DNA of 62,835 bases. Source: a virus (taxonomy: Duplodnaviria; Caudoviricetes). Location: IMG/VR virus record IMGVR_UViG_3300032282_004527, positions 1 through 62,835 of that record; one strand, given 5' to 3'. Both the position numbers and the translations under genes were made by a program. The notes beneath the pieces are model-generated. The model saw nothing but the letters and a program-made list of their open reading frames with translations. It did not search any database and was not told the DNA's origin. Positions 26,928-35,993 of this stretch are shown here, piece after piece (within the stretch, counting starts at the first letter, position 1; every line of letters begins with the position of its first letter).

Positions 26928-28331
26928 CTAGTAGAAGTAAACGGCGCGAACGCTGTCCCCGCTCACAGGAGCCGCATTGAAGGTGATGACATCGCTAGCC
27001 AGGGTGTAGTCCACGCTGACCACCTGCTGGAGGCCGTTGAGGAACACCTGGGTCATCCCAGCACCCGGAACGTGTGCAAGAGTGAACGCGGTGTTGCTGC
27101 CATTGACGCTGCCCGCAGGAGTCTCAATGGACATCTGAACCATGATGGGGTCGCCATCGCCACCCTTGATACCGCTGGAGAAGGCCGCAGCAGCGATCTT
27201 CGCAGAGGTAACTGCCTCGTCCGCCAGTTTGTCAGTCGTGACGTTGAGGTTAGCGATCTTCGCGGTGATCACCGAGTTAGCAGCTAGTTCGCTGCTGGAG
27301 ATACCGAGAGCCGCAACCTTCAGGCCAGACCCGCTCTTGCTCAGGCTAACGCCGTCCAGAACCAGGTTCAACTGGTTGGAGAGGTTGCTTAAGCCGTCGC
27401 CAACAGTCAGAGAGGTAGGACCCGTGAACTGGCTGAACTCGAGAGAAGTCGTGCCCAGGGTGATGGGAGCATCCGTCACGAGGACGAACTGCTGGTTGCC
27501 GTTTACGCTACCCTCCGAGATGAAGCACAGCATACCGGGCTGAACCTCGTTGGAGACGTCTGCGTCGGTCGAGCGGGCCCAAGCCCCAGCAGCGACCACG
27601 TAGATGCCGTTGTCGGCCCCGGAAGTCTGATTCTTGACCAGCACGCGGTCGCCAGCGATAACGGCGACACCATCAATCGTCTGGGTGCCCGAGAGGGTCA
27701 GGTTGGCGGTCGAGGCAACGCGGCAAGCAGCCTTGATTCGAGCGCCGGTGCTCAGGGCGTCAACGTAGGTCTTCGTGACAAGGTCGCTGCCAACCGTCGG
27801 GGTGGCGGTGCTCTGGATCTTGAAGGCCCCGAGGCTGACATTCCCACCGACGGTCAGGGACTCCAGATTGGGCACGTAGGAGGCGCCCAGCTTGGTACCG
27901 TTCCAGACGCCCGCGCTGATCGTGCCGACGGTGGAGATCGAGTCATCGCCGCTGTAGGTCCCGCCTGCAACCGAAGCAAGGGTAGCATTGTATGCCTGCA
28001 CGTCGCTGCCGATGGCAAGGCCGAGAGCGGTGCGTGCGCCAGAGGCGGTCGAGGACCCCGTACCGCCATACAGGATGGGGATCTCAGAAGCCAGTGCGAA
28101 GTTGGCGAGGTTGCTGGAGTAGGCCTGAACGTCCGAGCCAAGAGCCAGCCCGAGGTTCGTGCGTGCGGCGGAAGCGCTGGTTGCGCCCGTACCGCCGTAT
28201 GCGACAGCAATCTCCGTTGCATGCCACACACCGCTGGTCAGCGTACCGACCTGGGAGATGTCCGACTGGATAAGCGCGCTGGCCGGAACCGTTGCGCTGA
28301 TAATCTGTGTACCGCGAATCTGCGTAGCCAT
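26928..28331 (-). CDS. Tail or head fibre structural protein
   Basis: GGTGAT..AARTNLGL repeats; KAACRVASTANLTLSGTQTIDGV..GDRVLVKNQT..NGIY motif. Confidence 0.8.
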   Translation of the reverse strand: MATQIRGTQIISATVPASALIQSDISQVGTLTSGVWHATEIAVAYGGTGATSASAARTNLGLALGSDVQAYSSNLANFALASEIPILYGGTGSSTASGARTALGLAIGSDVQAYNATLASVAGGTYSGDDSISTVGTISAGVWNGTKLGASYVPNLESLTVGGNVSLGAFKIQSTATPTVGSDLVTKTYVDALSTGARIKAACRVASTANLTLSGTQTIDGVAVIAGDRVLVKNQTSGADNGIYVVAAGAWARSTDADVSNEVQPGMLCFISEGSVNGNQQFVLVTDAPITLGTTSLEFSQFTGPTSLTVGDGLSNLSNQLNLVLDGVSLSKSGSGLKVAALGISSSELAANSVITAKIANLNVTTDKLADEAVTSAKIAAAAFSSGIKGGDGDPIMVQMSIETPAGSVNGSNTAFTLAHVPGAGMTQVFLNGLQQVVSVDYTLASDVITFNAAPVSGDSVRAVYFY

Positions 28332-28350
28332 GAGAGACTCCTAACGAGGT

Positions 28351-28542
28351 TTATTTATCGTCTCGTCTCATCTCGTCTAAGTCCTTCCGAGTCTGGTAGA
28401 GAACATTCTCAATGCTCAATCTAACGTTTTCGGCGTTTTTCTTGATTGTCTCGTCTTGTAAACCAAAAATGTACAGCTCAAAAATACTTCGAACTTGTGC
28501 AAAATTCTTGTTCCAGATCTTGTTGAAGTGGTCTTTTTTCAT
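28351..28542 (-). CDS. Hypothetical protein
   Basis: 63 aa; TGATG coupling. Confidence 0.45.
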   Translation of the reverse strand: MKKDHFNKIWNKNFAQVRSIFELYIFGLQDETIKKNAENVRLSIENVLYQTRKDLDEMRRDDK

Positions 28543-28805
28543 CAGTAGGTATAATCACAAAGAAGTAGATCGCTGTTTTGTGGTGCCGTAACAAAGGTTA
28601 TTGTAGCGCCAGAAAATAAAAAGTCAAGAGTTTGTTTTTGTCTTAGTCCATTTAAAAATACTTTTAAAGTATTAGGTAGTGGTGTGTGCCCTAAAATGAA
28701 AGTAGTGTTCACCCCGTCTATGGGGCCTGAGGGTACTTCGCCAGAGATAGAAGTGCCTCCTCCTCCTCCGCCCCCTCCCCCTCCGCTTGGCGGATAGTAC
28801 GGCAT
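28542..28805 (-). CDS. Small structural protein paralogous to the C-terminal domain of the 26928-28331 fibre
   Basis: EVPSGPIDGVNTTF...VFLNGLRQ...ITF..AP versus ETPAGSVNGSNTAF...VFLNGLQQ...ITF..AP. Confidence 0.7.
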   Translation of the reverse strand: MPYYPPSGGGGGGGGGGTSISGEVPSGPIDGVNTTFILGHTPLPNTLKVFLNGLRQKQTLDFLFSGATITFVTAPQNSDLLLCDYTY

Positions 28806-28806
28806 C

Positions 28807-29091
28807 CTAGTAGGTCAACTCCGTAACCATGGCGTACCCGTCTACTGCGGACCAAGTACCAGATACGGGGCCTGTGTACTTGTGAGGAACCTCGTAGTAG
28901 CCCTGGGGGGCTACGATGCAGGTAAAGGAGCTTGAGGAGGCATCTAACCCAAGCTTAAGGTAAAGGCTGGCGGAGGAGGCATTGTTGTAGACAGACGCCC
29001 AAGGGCGATCCTTGCTAGGCGAAGAAAGTACAATAGAACTTGTCGTAGCAAGAACCTGCGTTACGCTACTATTCGGAAGTGGTTGCTCCAT
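28807..29091 (-). CDS. Small beta-rich virion-type protein
   Basis: 94 aa; YNNASSASLYLKLG...YYEVP..YTG.VSG.W. Confidence 0.6.
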   Translation of the reverse strand: MEQPLPNSSVTQVLATTSSIVLSSPSKDRPWASVYNNASSASLYLKLGLDASSSSFTCIVAPQGYYEVPHKYTGPVSGTWSAVDGYAMVTELTY

Positions 29092-29405
29092 TAACGTCTA
29101 CCTCTTCGAGAACTGCCTCTCGATTTTTTTCTTTTGTTACGGGTGCTTATGGCTCGAGCTTTCTTCTTAGCATCTGCCTTGCTAGAAGCTCCCCAAGCAT
29201 GGAGGGATTTCAACAGCCTAGTAGGCTCACCATTTGAATCCCTTTCAGGACCCTTAGCGTTACCCATCCTAGCAAGAAACGAAGCTCTTCGAGGATTGTC
29301 TCCAGACTTAACAGGACGCTTAAGGTTACGTCCCTCCGTCCTATTGATCCTCTTTCTACCAGACTCAGATAGACCACCTTTAGGGTTCTTATCAGAAGCC
29401 TTCAT
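29091..29405 (-). CDS. Basic phage protein (DUF6321-like)
   Basis: KNPKGGLS..GR...NLKRPV..GDNPRRASFLARM...RLLKSL..W. Confidence 0.6.
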   Translation of the reverse strand: MKASDKNPKGGLSESGRKRINRTEGRNLKRPVKSGDNPRRASFLARMGNAKGPERDSNGEPTRLLKSLHAWGASSKADAKKKARAISTRNKRKKSRGSSRRGRR

Positions 29406-29515
29406 AGCACGTCTATTCTACTCTATCCGGGAAACAATGACAAGAAGAAAAAACACCAACACCAGGAAAAAGCTACAAGTTCTTGGAGTATATTAAACAA
29501 AGTGGTGCCACAGCG

Positions 29516-29599
29516 GATATAAATCGGACACGATTTATATCGCCTTACTACTACGTAGTAGTAGTATCTATGGCGATATAAAATGTAGGCGATATAAAA
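29516..29599. promoter_or_regulatory. Iteron/operator-like cluster in divergent intergenic region
   Basis: GATATAAATCG/CGATTTATATC inverted repeat, 18-bp palindrome TACTACTACGTAGTAGTA, GGCGATATAAAA twice. Confidence 0.6.
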
Positions 29600-29653
29600 A
29601 AGTGTTGAAAATCCTACACATTTCTTTACGAATTTTCCATTCCTGAGAGGGTC

Positions 29654-29683
29654 TTGACCTACTCCCCAGGCATATGCTAAGAT
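29654..29683 (+). promoter_or_regulatory. Putative sigma70 promoter for the replication module
   Basis: TTGACC-18 nt-TAAGAT with extended -10 TG. Confidence 0.5.
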
Positions 29684-29721
29684 ACCTCTGCCAGACGAAC
29701 TAGTGCTTAGGGGTGGTTCAA

Positions 29722-30348
29722 ATGAAAAGTTTCAAAGTTGCTCCCTTGTTCGAAGCGCCCTTGGCGCAGGTGTCGTCTGGCGATAACACCTCTAAGCAGT
29801 TCGAAGCAAGGGAGCATTCTTTTTCTTCCGAATCTGCAGACTTCATCGAACTCCTCCACAGCTCAACAGACTACGTCTATAAGAAAATCAATCAATACTG
29901 CCTCGTTAAAAAAGATTCAATCTGCTGCTACTGGACAGGGCTTCACTCCGTCAGTAACGGGTACAAGACTCCCGTCCTAAAGTTCGGACCTTTCAGGAAG
30001 TACGGTAAGTCCGTTTCCTACATCCTCTGGTGCCTTAAGTACGAGAAAGAACCCGAAGCCGGATTTGTTATTATGAACACCTGCATCTGCCAGAACGTGT
30101 GCTTGAACGAAAATCACCTAGCTGCTGTTAAGCGCCAAGACGTAAAAATTTTTCTCTCCTTGAAGGAGAACTGCCTGATCGACGAAAAAATCTTCACCCC
30201 AGACGGGTTAGACAAGACCCCCGAGCTTAGGGGATACGTCACCCCCCACTTGCGTGGTTGGTACGAATCCTTCAAGGCAAAGGGTATGCTAAAGAAGAAG
30301 CGATACGCTAAGCGAAAGCAGGAAGAAAGGACCAACCAAAATGGCTAG
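29722..30348 (+). CDS. Degenerate HNH/His-Me-finger-like protein
   Basis: CCYWTG...GY...IMNTC...CLNENHL. Confidence 0.55.
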   Translation: MKSFKVAPLFEAPLAQVSSGDNTSKQFEAREHSFSSESADFIELLHSSTDYVYKKINQYCLVKKDSICCYWTGLHSVSNGYKTPVLKFGPFRKYGKSVSYILWCLKYEKEPEAGFVIMNTCICQNVCLNENHLAAVKRQDVKIFLSLKENCLIDEKIFTPDGLDKTPELRGYVTPHLRGWYESFKAKGMLKKKRYAKRKQEERTNQNG

Positions 30349-31012
30349 ACCGAAGAAGACCCAAGAGACGGCTCCCCGCATCGTAGAAAAGGATCAGGTA
30401 GTTCTCACGATCCGTGATGAGGATGACGATGTTCCTGTCTTCGAAGAGGACGAGGAGCAGTTCAACGAGCATGACCTGGAGGAGATCACCGAGATCGCTG
30501 CTAAGATTGTCGGAGAGACCCGAGAAGCCGTCTCCAAGACCGCTCAGAGCGCCGTCAGGACTGACAACAACCTAGCGGAGGTTATGCGTGCTCTCGACGC
30601 TTTGACGAAGTCGTTTACGGCCTTGTCCAACAAGGTCGACTCTCTCGTCATGAGGGACGACCCCTCCAAGATCCTCTACACTCTCGACGAAGTTATCGAG
30701 GAAAAGTTTTCAACGCTTCTTTCTTCTATTGAGTCTGTAGGAAGTCTCACAGCTCCCGTGTATCCTGCCCCCCCTAAGCTTACGGCATCTAGAGATCTGG
30801 ACGAGATCCTTTCCAAGGCACCTCCTAAGGAGGTCGTAGATAAGATCCGTAAGTGGGTGGGGACGATTCCTAGCGGAAAATCTGCATCCCTGGATACGGT
30901 TACCGTCGAGATTGGTAAGCGGCTCGGGATGGATCCTAGGCTGGTTCACGGAGTCATCCAGTCGCAGGAAGATATTGTTAAGATCTCCAACGGTAAGATC
31001 TACAGCCTGTAG
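30341..31012 (+). CDS. Hypothetical protein, possible C-terminal winged helix
   Basis: AAAGGA RBS; 223 aa; acidic N-terminal region and coiled coil. Confidence 0.7.
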   Translation: MARPKKTQETAPRIVEKDQVVLTIRDEDDDVPVFEEDEEQFNEHDLEEITEIAAKIVGETREAVSKTAQSAVRTDNNLAEVMRALDALTKSFTALSNKVDSLVMRDDPSKILYTLDEVIEEKFSTLLSSIESVGSLTAPVYPAPPKLTASRDLDEILSKAPPKEVVDKIRKWVGTIPSGKSASLDTVTVEIGKRLGMDPRLVHGVIQSQEDIVKISNGKIYSL

Positions 31013-31048
31013 CGTGTTCGTGTGGCCCCTACGTTACAGGGGCATACT

Positions 31049-31124
31049 GCACCCGTAGCTCAATGGATAGAGCATCGGCCTTCTAAGCCGAGGGTTACAG
31101 GTTCGAGTCCTGTCGGGTGCGCCA
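31049..31124 (+). tRNA. tRNA-Arg(UCU)
   Basis: Cloverleaf; anticodon loop CT-TCT-AA; GTTCGAGTC T-arm; encoded CCA. Confidence 0.95.
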
Positions 31125-31127
31125 CAA

Positions 31128-31200
31128 GGGTCTGTAACTCAGCGGTCAGAGTTTCCGGCTTTTAACCGGCAAGTCGTGGGTTCGAATCCCACCAGACCCA
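31128..31200 (+). tRNA. tRNA-Lys(UUU)
   Basis: GGGTCTG/CAGACCC acceptor stem; CT-TTT-AA loop. Confidence 0.92.
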
Positions 31201-31225
31201 ACCCCTCTTAAAAGAAAGGACCAAC

Positions 31226-31822
31226 ATGGCATACCTAGAGGATCGAGTAACCCATCTAGAAAACGAAGTCTCTCGTCTAACGGAGACTGTTGGTTTGATT
31301 TTTAAATACATCCTCGAACCATACCGTCCGGCTTCGTCAACCCCTGTAGACACTCCAGCAGACGTTCCCGCAGACGTCCCTACGAAGGATGCGGAACCTA
31401 ACTCAAATAATAGATTGTATTCTTACTCTCGCCCTTTGAGCAAGGAGCAGGGGAAGGAGTGGGTGAGCTTGCTCCTGTCTCACAAGGAAAAGTTCCTCGA
31501 GGAATACAAAAAGTTCACTAAAAAGGAAAAGAACGGTTGCGTCATCTGGACGGGTTCCTACACAACCGCCGGAAAAAACAAGGGTAAAAAGCCTAAGATT
31601 CGCATCCCCCAAACAAGGGTTTATCGTTCTGTTGGTGTCTCCTACATCAACACGCGAGTAGCCTACTGGGCGATACTCAACAAGAAGCCCGTATTGCTTA
31701 CTGACCGTGTAACCAACACGTGCAAGGTAGAAGGGTGCGTAGCCAAGGAGCATCTTAAGTTTCTGACTCTTGAGGATAGCCTATACTCCGGACTTAAAGC
31801 CTATAAGGAGAATCGTAGGTAA
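31226..31822 (+). CDS. Degenerate HNH/His-Me-finger-like protein
   Basis: GCVIWTG...RVAYW...VTNTCKVEGCVAKEHL. Confidence 0.6.
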   Translation: MAYLEDRVTHLENEVSRLTETVGLIFKYILEPYRPASSTPVDTPADVPADVPTKDAEPNSNNRLYSYSRPLSKEQGKEWVSLLLSHKEKFLEEYKKFTKKEKNGCVIWTGSYTTAGKNKGKKPKIRIPQTRVYRSVGVSYINTRVAYWAILNKKPVLLTDRVTNTCKVEGCVAKEHLKFLTLEDSLYSGLKAYKENRR

Positions 31823-31828
31823 AGGCTT

Positions 31829-31901
31829 GCTGGGGTAGCCCAACGGCAGAGGCAGGGGACTTAAAATCCCCCAAGTGTGGGTTCGAATCCCATCCCCAGT
31901 A
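31829..31901 (+). tRNA. tRNA-Leu(UAA) with short variable loop
   Basis: GCTGGGG/CCCCAGT acceptor stem; GGGGA-CTTAAAA-TCCCC anticodon arm. Confidence 0.9.
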
Positions 31902-31904
31902 CAT

Positions 31905-31979
31905 GGGACCGTAGCACAGGGGTTAGTGCGTTGGCCTTATAAGCCAGTGATCCTGGTTCGACTCCAGGCGGTCCTACCA
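31905..31979 (+). tRNA. tRNA-Ile(UAU)
   Basis: GGGACCG/CGGTCCT acceptor stem; TGGC-CTTATAA-GCCA anticodon arm; encoded CCA. Confidence 0.9.
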
Positions 31980-31997
31980 AACATTCCTAGGAGACTT

Positions 31998-32465
31998 ATG
32001 AGACGTTCTAAAATTTACATCCGAGCTGACGGCAGAAAGTATGTTGTTGTGTATCGAGGAGAAAGGAGGGAAACTACTCTGTACTCTCGGTACCTTATGG
32101 AGCGACATCTTGGTCGGAGGCTGGAGCCACATGAACACGTTGACCACATCAACGACGACCCTACCGACGACCGTATAGAGAATCTTCAAATCATATCCCA
32201 ACTGGAAAATACTCTTAAGTACCATGCTCTCCATCCTAAAGAGATGTGGGATCTTTCTTGTTTAGAGTGTGGTGTTTCATTTCAAAGGCTTGCCAAAGAT
32301 TGTCGCAAAGGACAAAAGGCAGGCAAAGTGGGCCCTTTTTGCGGTCGCTCTTGTGCGGGTAAAGGTACTAGAAGAAAGGCGAAAAAGGATGAAGAAAACC
32401 GAGTCTTGCCTGATGTGCAACCGGTGGTCGAAGTGCAAGAGCCCTCAGGTGGGGCTGGAGTTTAG
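31998..32465 (+). CDS. HNH homing endonuclease
   Basis: ME.HLGR.L...EHVDHINDDPTDDRIENL plus CxxC...FCGRSC; AGGAG RBS; overlaps the polymerase start. Confidence 0.85.
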   Translation: MRRSKIYIRADGRKYVVVYRGERRETTLYSRYLMERHLGRRLEPHEHVDHINDDPTDDRIENLQIISQLENTLKYHALHPKEMWDLSCLECGVSFQRLAKDCRKGQKAGKVGPFCGRSCAGKGTRRKAKKDEENRVLPDVQPVVEVQEPSGGAGV

Positions 32466-34863
32466 CACAGGTCCCGTTGACGTTTTGTTTGTTGGTGACT
32501 ATCCAGAAGAAGAAGATGAAGATACAGGAAAGCCATTCAGCGGAAACGCAGGAGGCTTTCTTCGTCAATTCACTTCTTTTTTGGTCGATGTAAAAATAGG
32601 ATACACTTACGCTATCAAGTGCCGTCTTTCTAAAGACGACCGAAAAGACGAAAAGGGAATGAAGCAGTGGATTAGCCATTGCTCCGAGTTTCTTATTGAG
32701 GACATCCAAGCAGCTCGCCCTAAGGTCATCGTAGCACTAGGAAGCTTGGCTCTTAAAGCTGTGTGGCCTGACGGCCCTAAGTCTATCGCCCAGGCTCGAG
32801 TAGCCCCTCAGAAAGTGGGTAATACTTGGGTCATTGCTACATACCACCCTATCAACCACATAACCGACCGACGAGACTTGAGACAGGACTATTTTAGCTT
32901 GGGACAGACGATCACAAAATTGCTTGACGGAAATTACACTAATGAGAAGCCTGACATTCGAGCGGCCTCTGACGAAGACATGCCCCAGGTGACGGCCCAG
33001 ATTTCTTCTTCGAAGCACTTCTTCTTCGACGTAGAGACAGATACGTGGGGGTACAAGAATCACCCCGAGATCAAGACCTTCTACATGAAGGGCCGAAAAA
33101 TGATCTGCATCGGGATAGGCACTTCTGAAACAGAGCCTGTGTGGATTCTTCGTCCGCACCAGTTCGACATGATAAAGCATCTCCTTAAAACCAAGGTCCT
33201 TGTGGCTCACAACATCCTATACGATGCTTCTGTTCTTCATTACCTCTGTGGGATGGACTGGGTGTGGGACTGCGAGCTTGAGGACACGTTCCTTATGCAC
33301 GTGAGCCTCGACCAGGGCTACATCGGAAACAGCCTTGACGACTTGTCGATGAAGTACCTGTCAGTCCCTTCTTGGAAGAAGGAGGCCCACGACGCTATTG
33401 ATCAGGAGAACCACCTCCGCCGCAAGGAAAACAATCCGAGCCCCCATCCTGTAACTCTTGCGGACATTCCCTGGGATACGTTGGTAGAGTACAACGGCAG
33501 GGACGTTTACTACACGATAAAGCTCTACAACCTGTTCAGCGGGTTCGACCTACCACAGTCCTACAAGAACAGATACATGAGATTTGTTCCTGTACTTGGT
33601 AGAACCCAGGTCCGAGGCATCCGAGCAAACAAGAGCAAGATCCTCGCTACGAAGTACGTGTACCAGAAGAAGATCGACCACCTGCTGTCTACCTTGAACA
33701 AAGCCCCTGAGATTCGTCAGGCGTGCGAAGAGCTCGGCATTGACGAATTCAACCCCTCTAGTGGCCTGCAAATGACCCGTCTCATGCAGTTGTGTGACGT
33801 TCACCCTGGGTACTCGGAGTCTGGTCAGTACTATAAGACCGACAAGAAGACAATGTCGGAGATCACCCCTAACCACACCCTTATCCGCCGTCTGGTTCGT
33901 ATCAAGGAGATGCGTAACATGCTCTCCAAGTTTATCGAGCCTCTGTCCCACTACGTGGCAGAAGACGGCAGGGTCCATACCTTTTACACACTGGGGAGAG
34001 CTGAGTCTACGTTCTCTGTAGGTGGCGACCCGACGGGAGGGGTGACGACTGGGCGAATCTCGGCTCGAGACCCAGCCCTTCACAACTTCAAGAAGGACCC
34101 GATTCTTCGTGCGTGCTTCGAGGCGGCCCCGGGCTGGACGTGTGTTGAGTTCGACTACGGAGCAGCAGAGGTTCGTGGGCTTGCTTGGCTGGCCGACTGC
34201 AAGAATCTTATCCAGTGGTTCAGGGACAAGGTAGACCCCTACATCATGGTAATGGCTACGATGGACAAGGTTCCATACGACCTGATGTACGAAGAGTACA
34301 AGACAGGCAGTAAGAAGGCTGCGCTCAAGGAGCGGAGGCAGAAGGTGAAGGGCGGCTTCCTAGGGTGGCAGTATGGGTCAGGAATGGCCAAGTTTGCCCA
34401 GACCATTGGTGCCGACCTCCATACCGCAGAACGGCTCTACAGTGTCTTTGACGACCTGTTCCCCGAGGTTCGAGTGTATCAGAAGAATAAGCTTGACCTA
34501 GTTGCGCAAGGGCTTCCTCTAGTGACTCCGTTCGGGGTGCAGCGCCGCTTCACTGCGAAGGACCCGCACGAGGAGAATCAGGTGAAGAACTACGAGCCGC
34601 AGGGTTCGATGTCTGACGTAACTATTCAAGCGGCTGCGGAGGTAGAAGAAAAGATCCCCGCAACGGACCTACAGATCGTCAACCTCGTGCACGACTCTAT
34701 GTGGCCAGACATTCGAACAGACGTCCTCGAGGAGACTATCTATAAGGTAGTGGGCATCATGAGGAACCCTACACTACCCTTCGAGATCACCGTACCTCTT
34801 GAGGTAGAAGTGATGTACGGACCTAACAGAGGGAAAATGAAAGAGTACGTTCTAAAGCCTTGA
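32389..34863 (+). CDS. polA: Family A DNA polymerase with N-terminal family-4 uracil-DNA glycosylase-like domain and 3'-5' exonuclease
   Basis: CxxC..LFVGDYP..E...GKPF.G.AG..TYHP (UDG); DVET and HNILYD (exonuclease); TTGRIS, DYGAAEVR, R...K...YG and VHDS (polymerase motifs). Confidence 0.92.
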   Translation: MKKTESCLMCNRWSKCKSPQVGLEFSTGPVDVLFVGDYPEEEDEDTGKPFSGNAGGFLRQFTSFLVDVKIGYTYAIKCRLSKDDRKDEKGMKQWISHCSEFLIEDIQAARPKVIVALGSLALKAVWPDGPKSIAQARVAPQKVGNTWVIATYHPINHITDRRDLRQDYFSLGQTITKLLDGNYTNEKPDIRAASDEDMPQVTAQISSSKHFFFDVETDTWGYKNHPEIKTFYMKGRKMICIGIGTSETEPVWILRPHQFDMIKHLLKTKVLVAHNILYDASVLHYLCGMDWVWDCELEDTFLMHVSLDQGYIGNSLDDLSMKYLSVPSWKKEAHDAIDQENHLRRKENNPSPHPVTLADIPWDTLVEYNGRDVYYTIKLYNLFSGFDLPQSYKNRYMRFVPVLGRTQVRGIRANKSKILATKYVYQKKIDHLLSTLNKAPEIRQACEELGIDEFNPSSGLQMTRLMQLCDVHPGYSESGQYYKTDKKTMSEITPNHTLIRRLVRIKEMRNMLSKFIEPLSHYVAEDGRVHTFYTLGRAESTFSVGGDPTGGVTTGRISARDPALHNFKKDPILRACFEAAPGWTCVEFDYGAAEVRGLAWLADCKNLIQWFRDKVDPYIMVMATMDKVPYDLMYEEYKTGSKKAALKERRQKVKGGFLGWQYGSGMAKFAQTIGADLHTAERLYSVFDDLFPEVRVYQKNKLDLVAQGLPLVTPFGVQRRFTAKDPHEENQVKNYEPQGSMSDVTIQAAAEVEEKIPATDLQIVNLVHDSMWPDIRTDVLEETIYKVVGIMRNPTLPFEITVPLEVEVMYGPNRGKMKEYVLKP

Positions 34864-34888
34864 CGTATGCCAGGGTAAAACGTATTAT
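34860..34888 (+). promoter_or_regulatory. Sigma70-type promoter
   Basis: TTGACG-17 nt-TATTAT. Confidence 0.65.
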
Positions 34889-34921
34889 GTTTGTAGTACA
34901 AACGTAAAGGAGGGCAAACAA

Positions 34922-35197
34922 TTGTTTGCTGAGACTAGTACAAACGGCGCAACTATTAATACTGAATTCTTGGATACTACCCCAACGAAGCGTCGCCCAG
35001 GCCGTCCAAAGGGTAGTAAGAACAAGGAGACGCGAGAAAACAAGAAGAATGCTACTATCACCCGCTACATCAACAGCAAGGATATCAACTCCTTTTTCAA
35101 GCTCCCAGCGGACATCCAGAAGAGCATCCGAAACCTTATCACATTCGGATTCGATGATTCTAAAGAGGATGACATTTCTTTTGACGTAGAAGATTAG
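34922..35197 (+). CDS. Small AT-hook DNA-binding protein
   Basis: KRRPGRPKGSKNK; AAGGAGG RBS before TTG. Confidence 0.6.
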   Translation: MFAETSTNGATINTEFLDTTPTKRRPGRPKGSKNKETRENKKNATITRYINSKDINSFFKLPADIQKSIRNLITFGFDDSKEDDISFDVED

Positions 35198-35216
35198 CGG
35201 AATGGGAAGGAACAAC

Positions 35217-35627
35217 ATGAAGAAGATCAGTGACGAAGAGTTCAGCGAGTATCTCACCCTTACGGGGGAAGTTGAAGTGATTGAGGATCGGCTCCAGACC
35301 GTGGCCGAAGTCTTCATGAACGAAGCACAGTACCTCGTAGGGGTGGGGGCTAAGATGTCGCAAGTGCAGAGAGACCTGAAGGCTCGTAGGGCGGAGCTTT
35401 ACGGAGAGTTCCGTCAGTTAAAGGTTACCGACAAGTCCTGGACGGAGACGGCGATTGAGTCGGCAATTAACACCGACCCGTCGATTGTTGAAATCCAGGC
35501 TCGTGAGGCTAACCTCGAGATGGCGGTAAGCCTTCGTAAGTATCGCGTAGAGGCTCTCAAGATCCTCAACGGCAACCTCCAGATCCTCGGCAGGTCCATC
35601 CTAAACGAAAAGTTTGGAGTGCAGTAA
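35217..35627 (+). CDS. UvsY-like recombination mediator (putative)
   Basis: Helical ~136-aa protein with TETAIESAINTD motif; near the SSB and RecA genes. Confidence 0.55.
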   Translation: MKKISDEEFSEYLTLTGEVEVIEDRLQTVAEVFMNEAQYLVGVGAKMSQVQRDLKARRAELYGEFRQLKVTDKSWTETAIESAINTDPSIVEIQAREANLEMAVSLRKYRVEALKILNGNLQILGRSILNEKFGVQ

Positions 35628-35630
35628 GAA

Positions 35631-35993
35631 GTGACGATAGGAGACATCTTCGACGACGTAGCTTTCTCTATGCTTCGTGAAGTTCGGATGACTATAGAGA
35701 GTCGAGGAGGTAAAGTCATATCCGACTTTGTAAAGCCAATCAAGAAAACCAATCAGCCGGTTGACTGTTACTACAGCTTCTTGGGGGTGATGGTAAACAA
35801 CATAAAGCATGAGACCACCGCACCCCTTCGAGTAGGTATAACCCTCATAATACCTTCCGACGAAGTGCCCTTAGAAAATCGTAAAATAAGAGGCATGTTC
35901 AGAAGGAATTTGGTTCGAGCAAAAAGTAAGATACTGGACGAGTACATTCGACTGGAGAACAAGCATGGCTACGTGGATTCAACCGTCAGATAA
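35631..35993 (+). CDS. Hypothetical protein
   Basis: 120 aa; operonic. Confidence 0.55.
   Translation: MTIGDIFDDVAFSMLREVRMTIESRGGKVISDFVKPIKKTNQPVDCYYSFLGVMVNNIKHETTAPLRVGITLIIPSDEVPLENRKIRGMFRRNLVRAKSKILDEYIRLENKHGYVDSTVR

Noticed and set aside
31875-31997. N-terminal extension of the HNH ORF given in the ORF track
   Set aside because: It overlaps two tRNA genes; ATG 31998 has its own RBS
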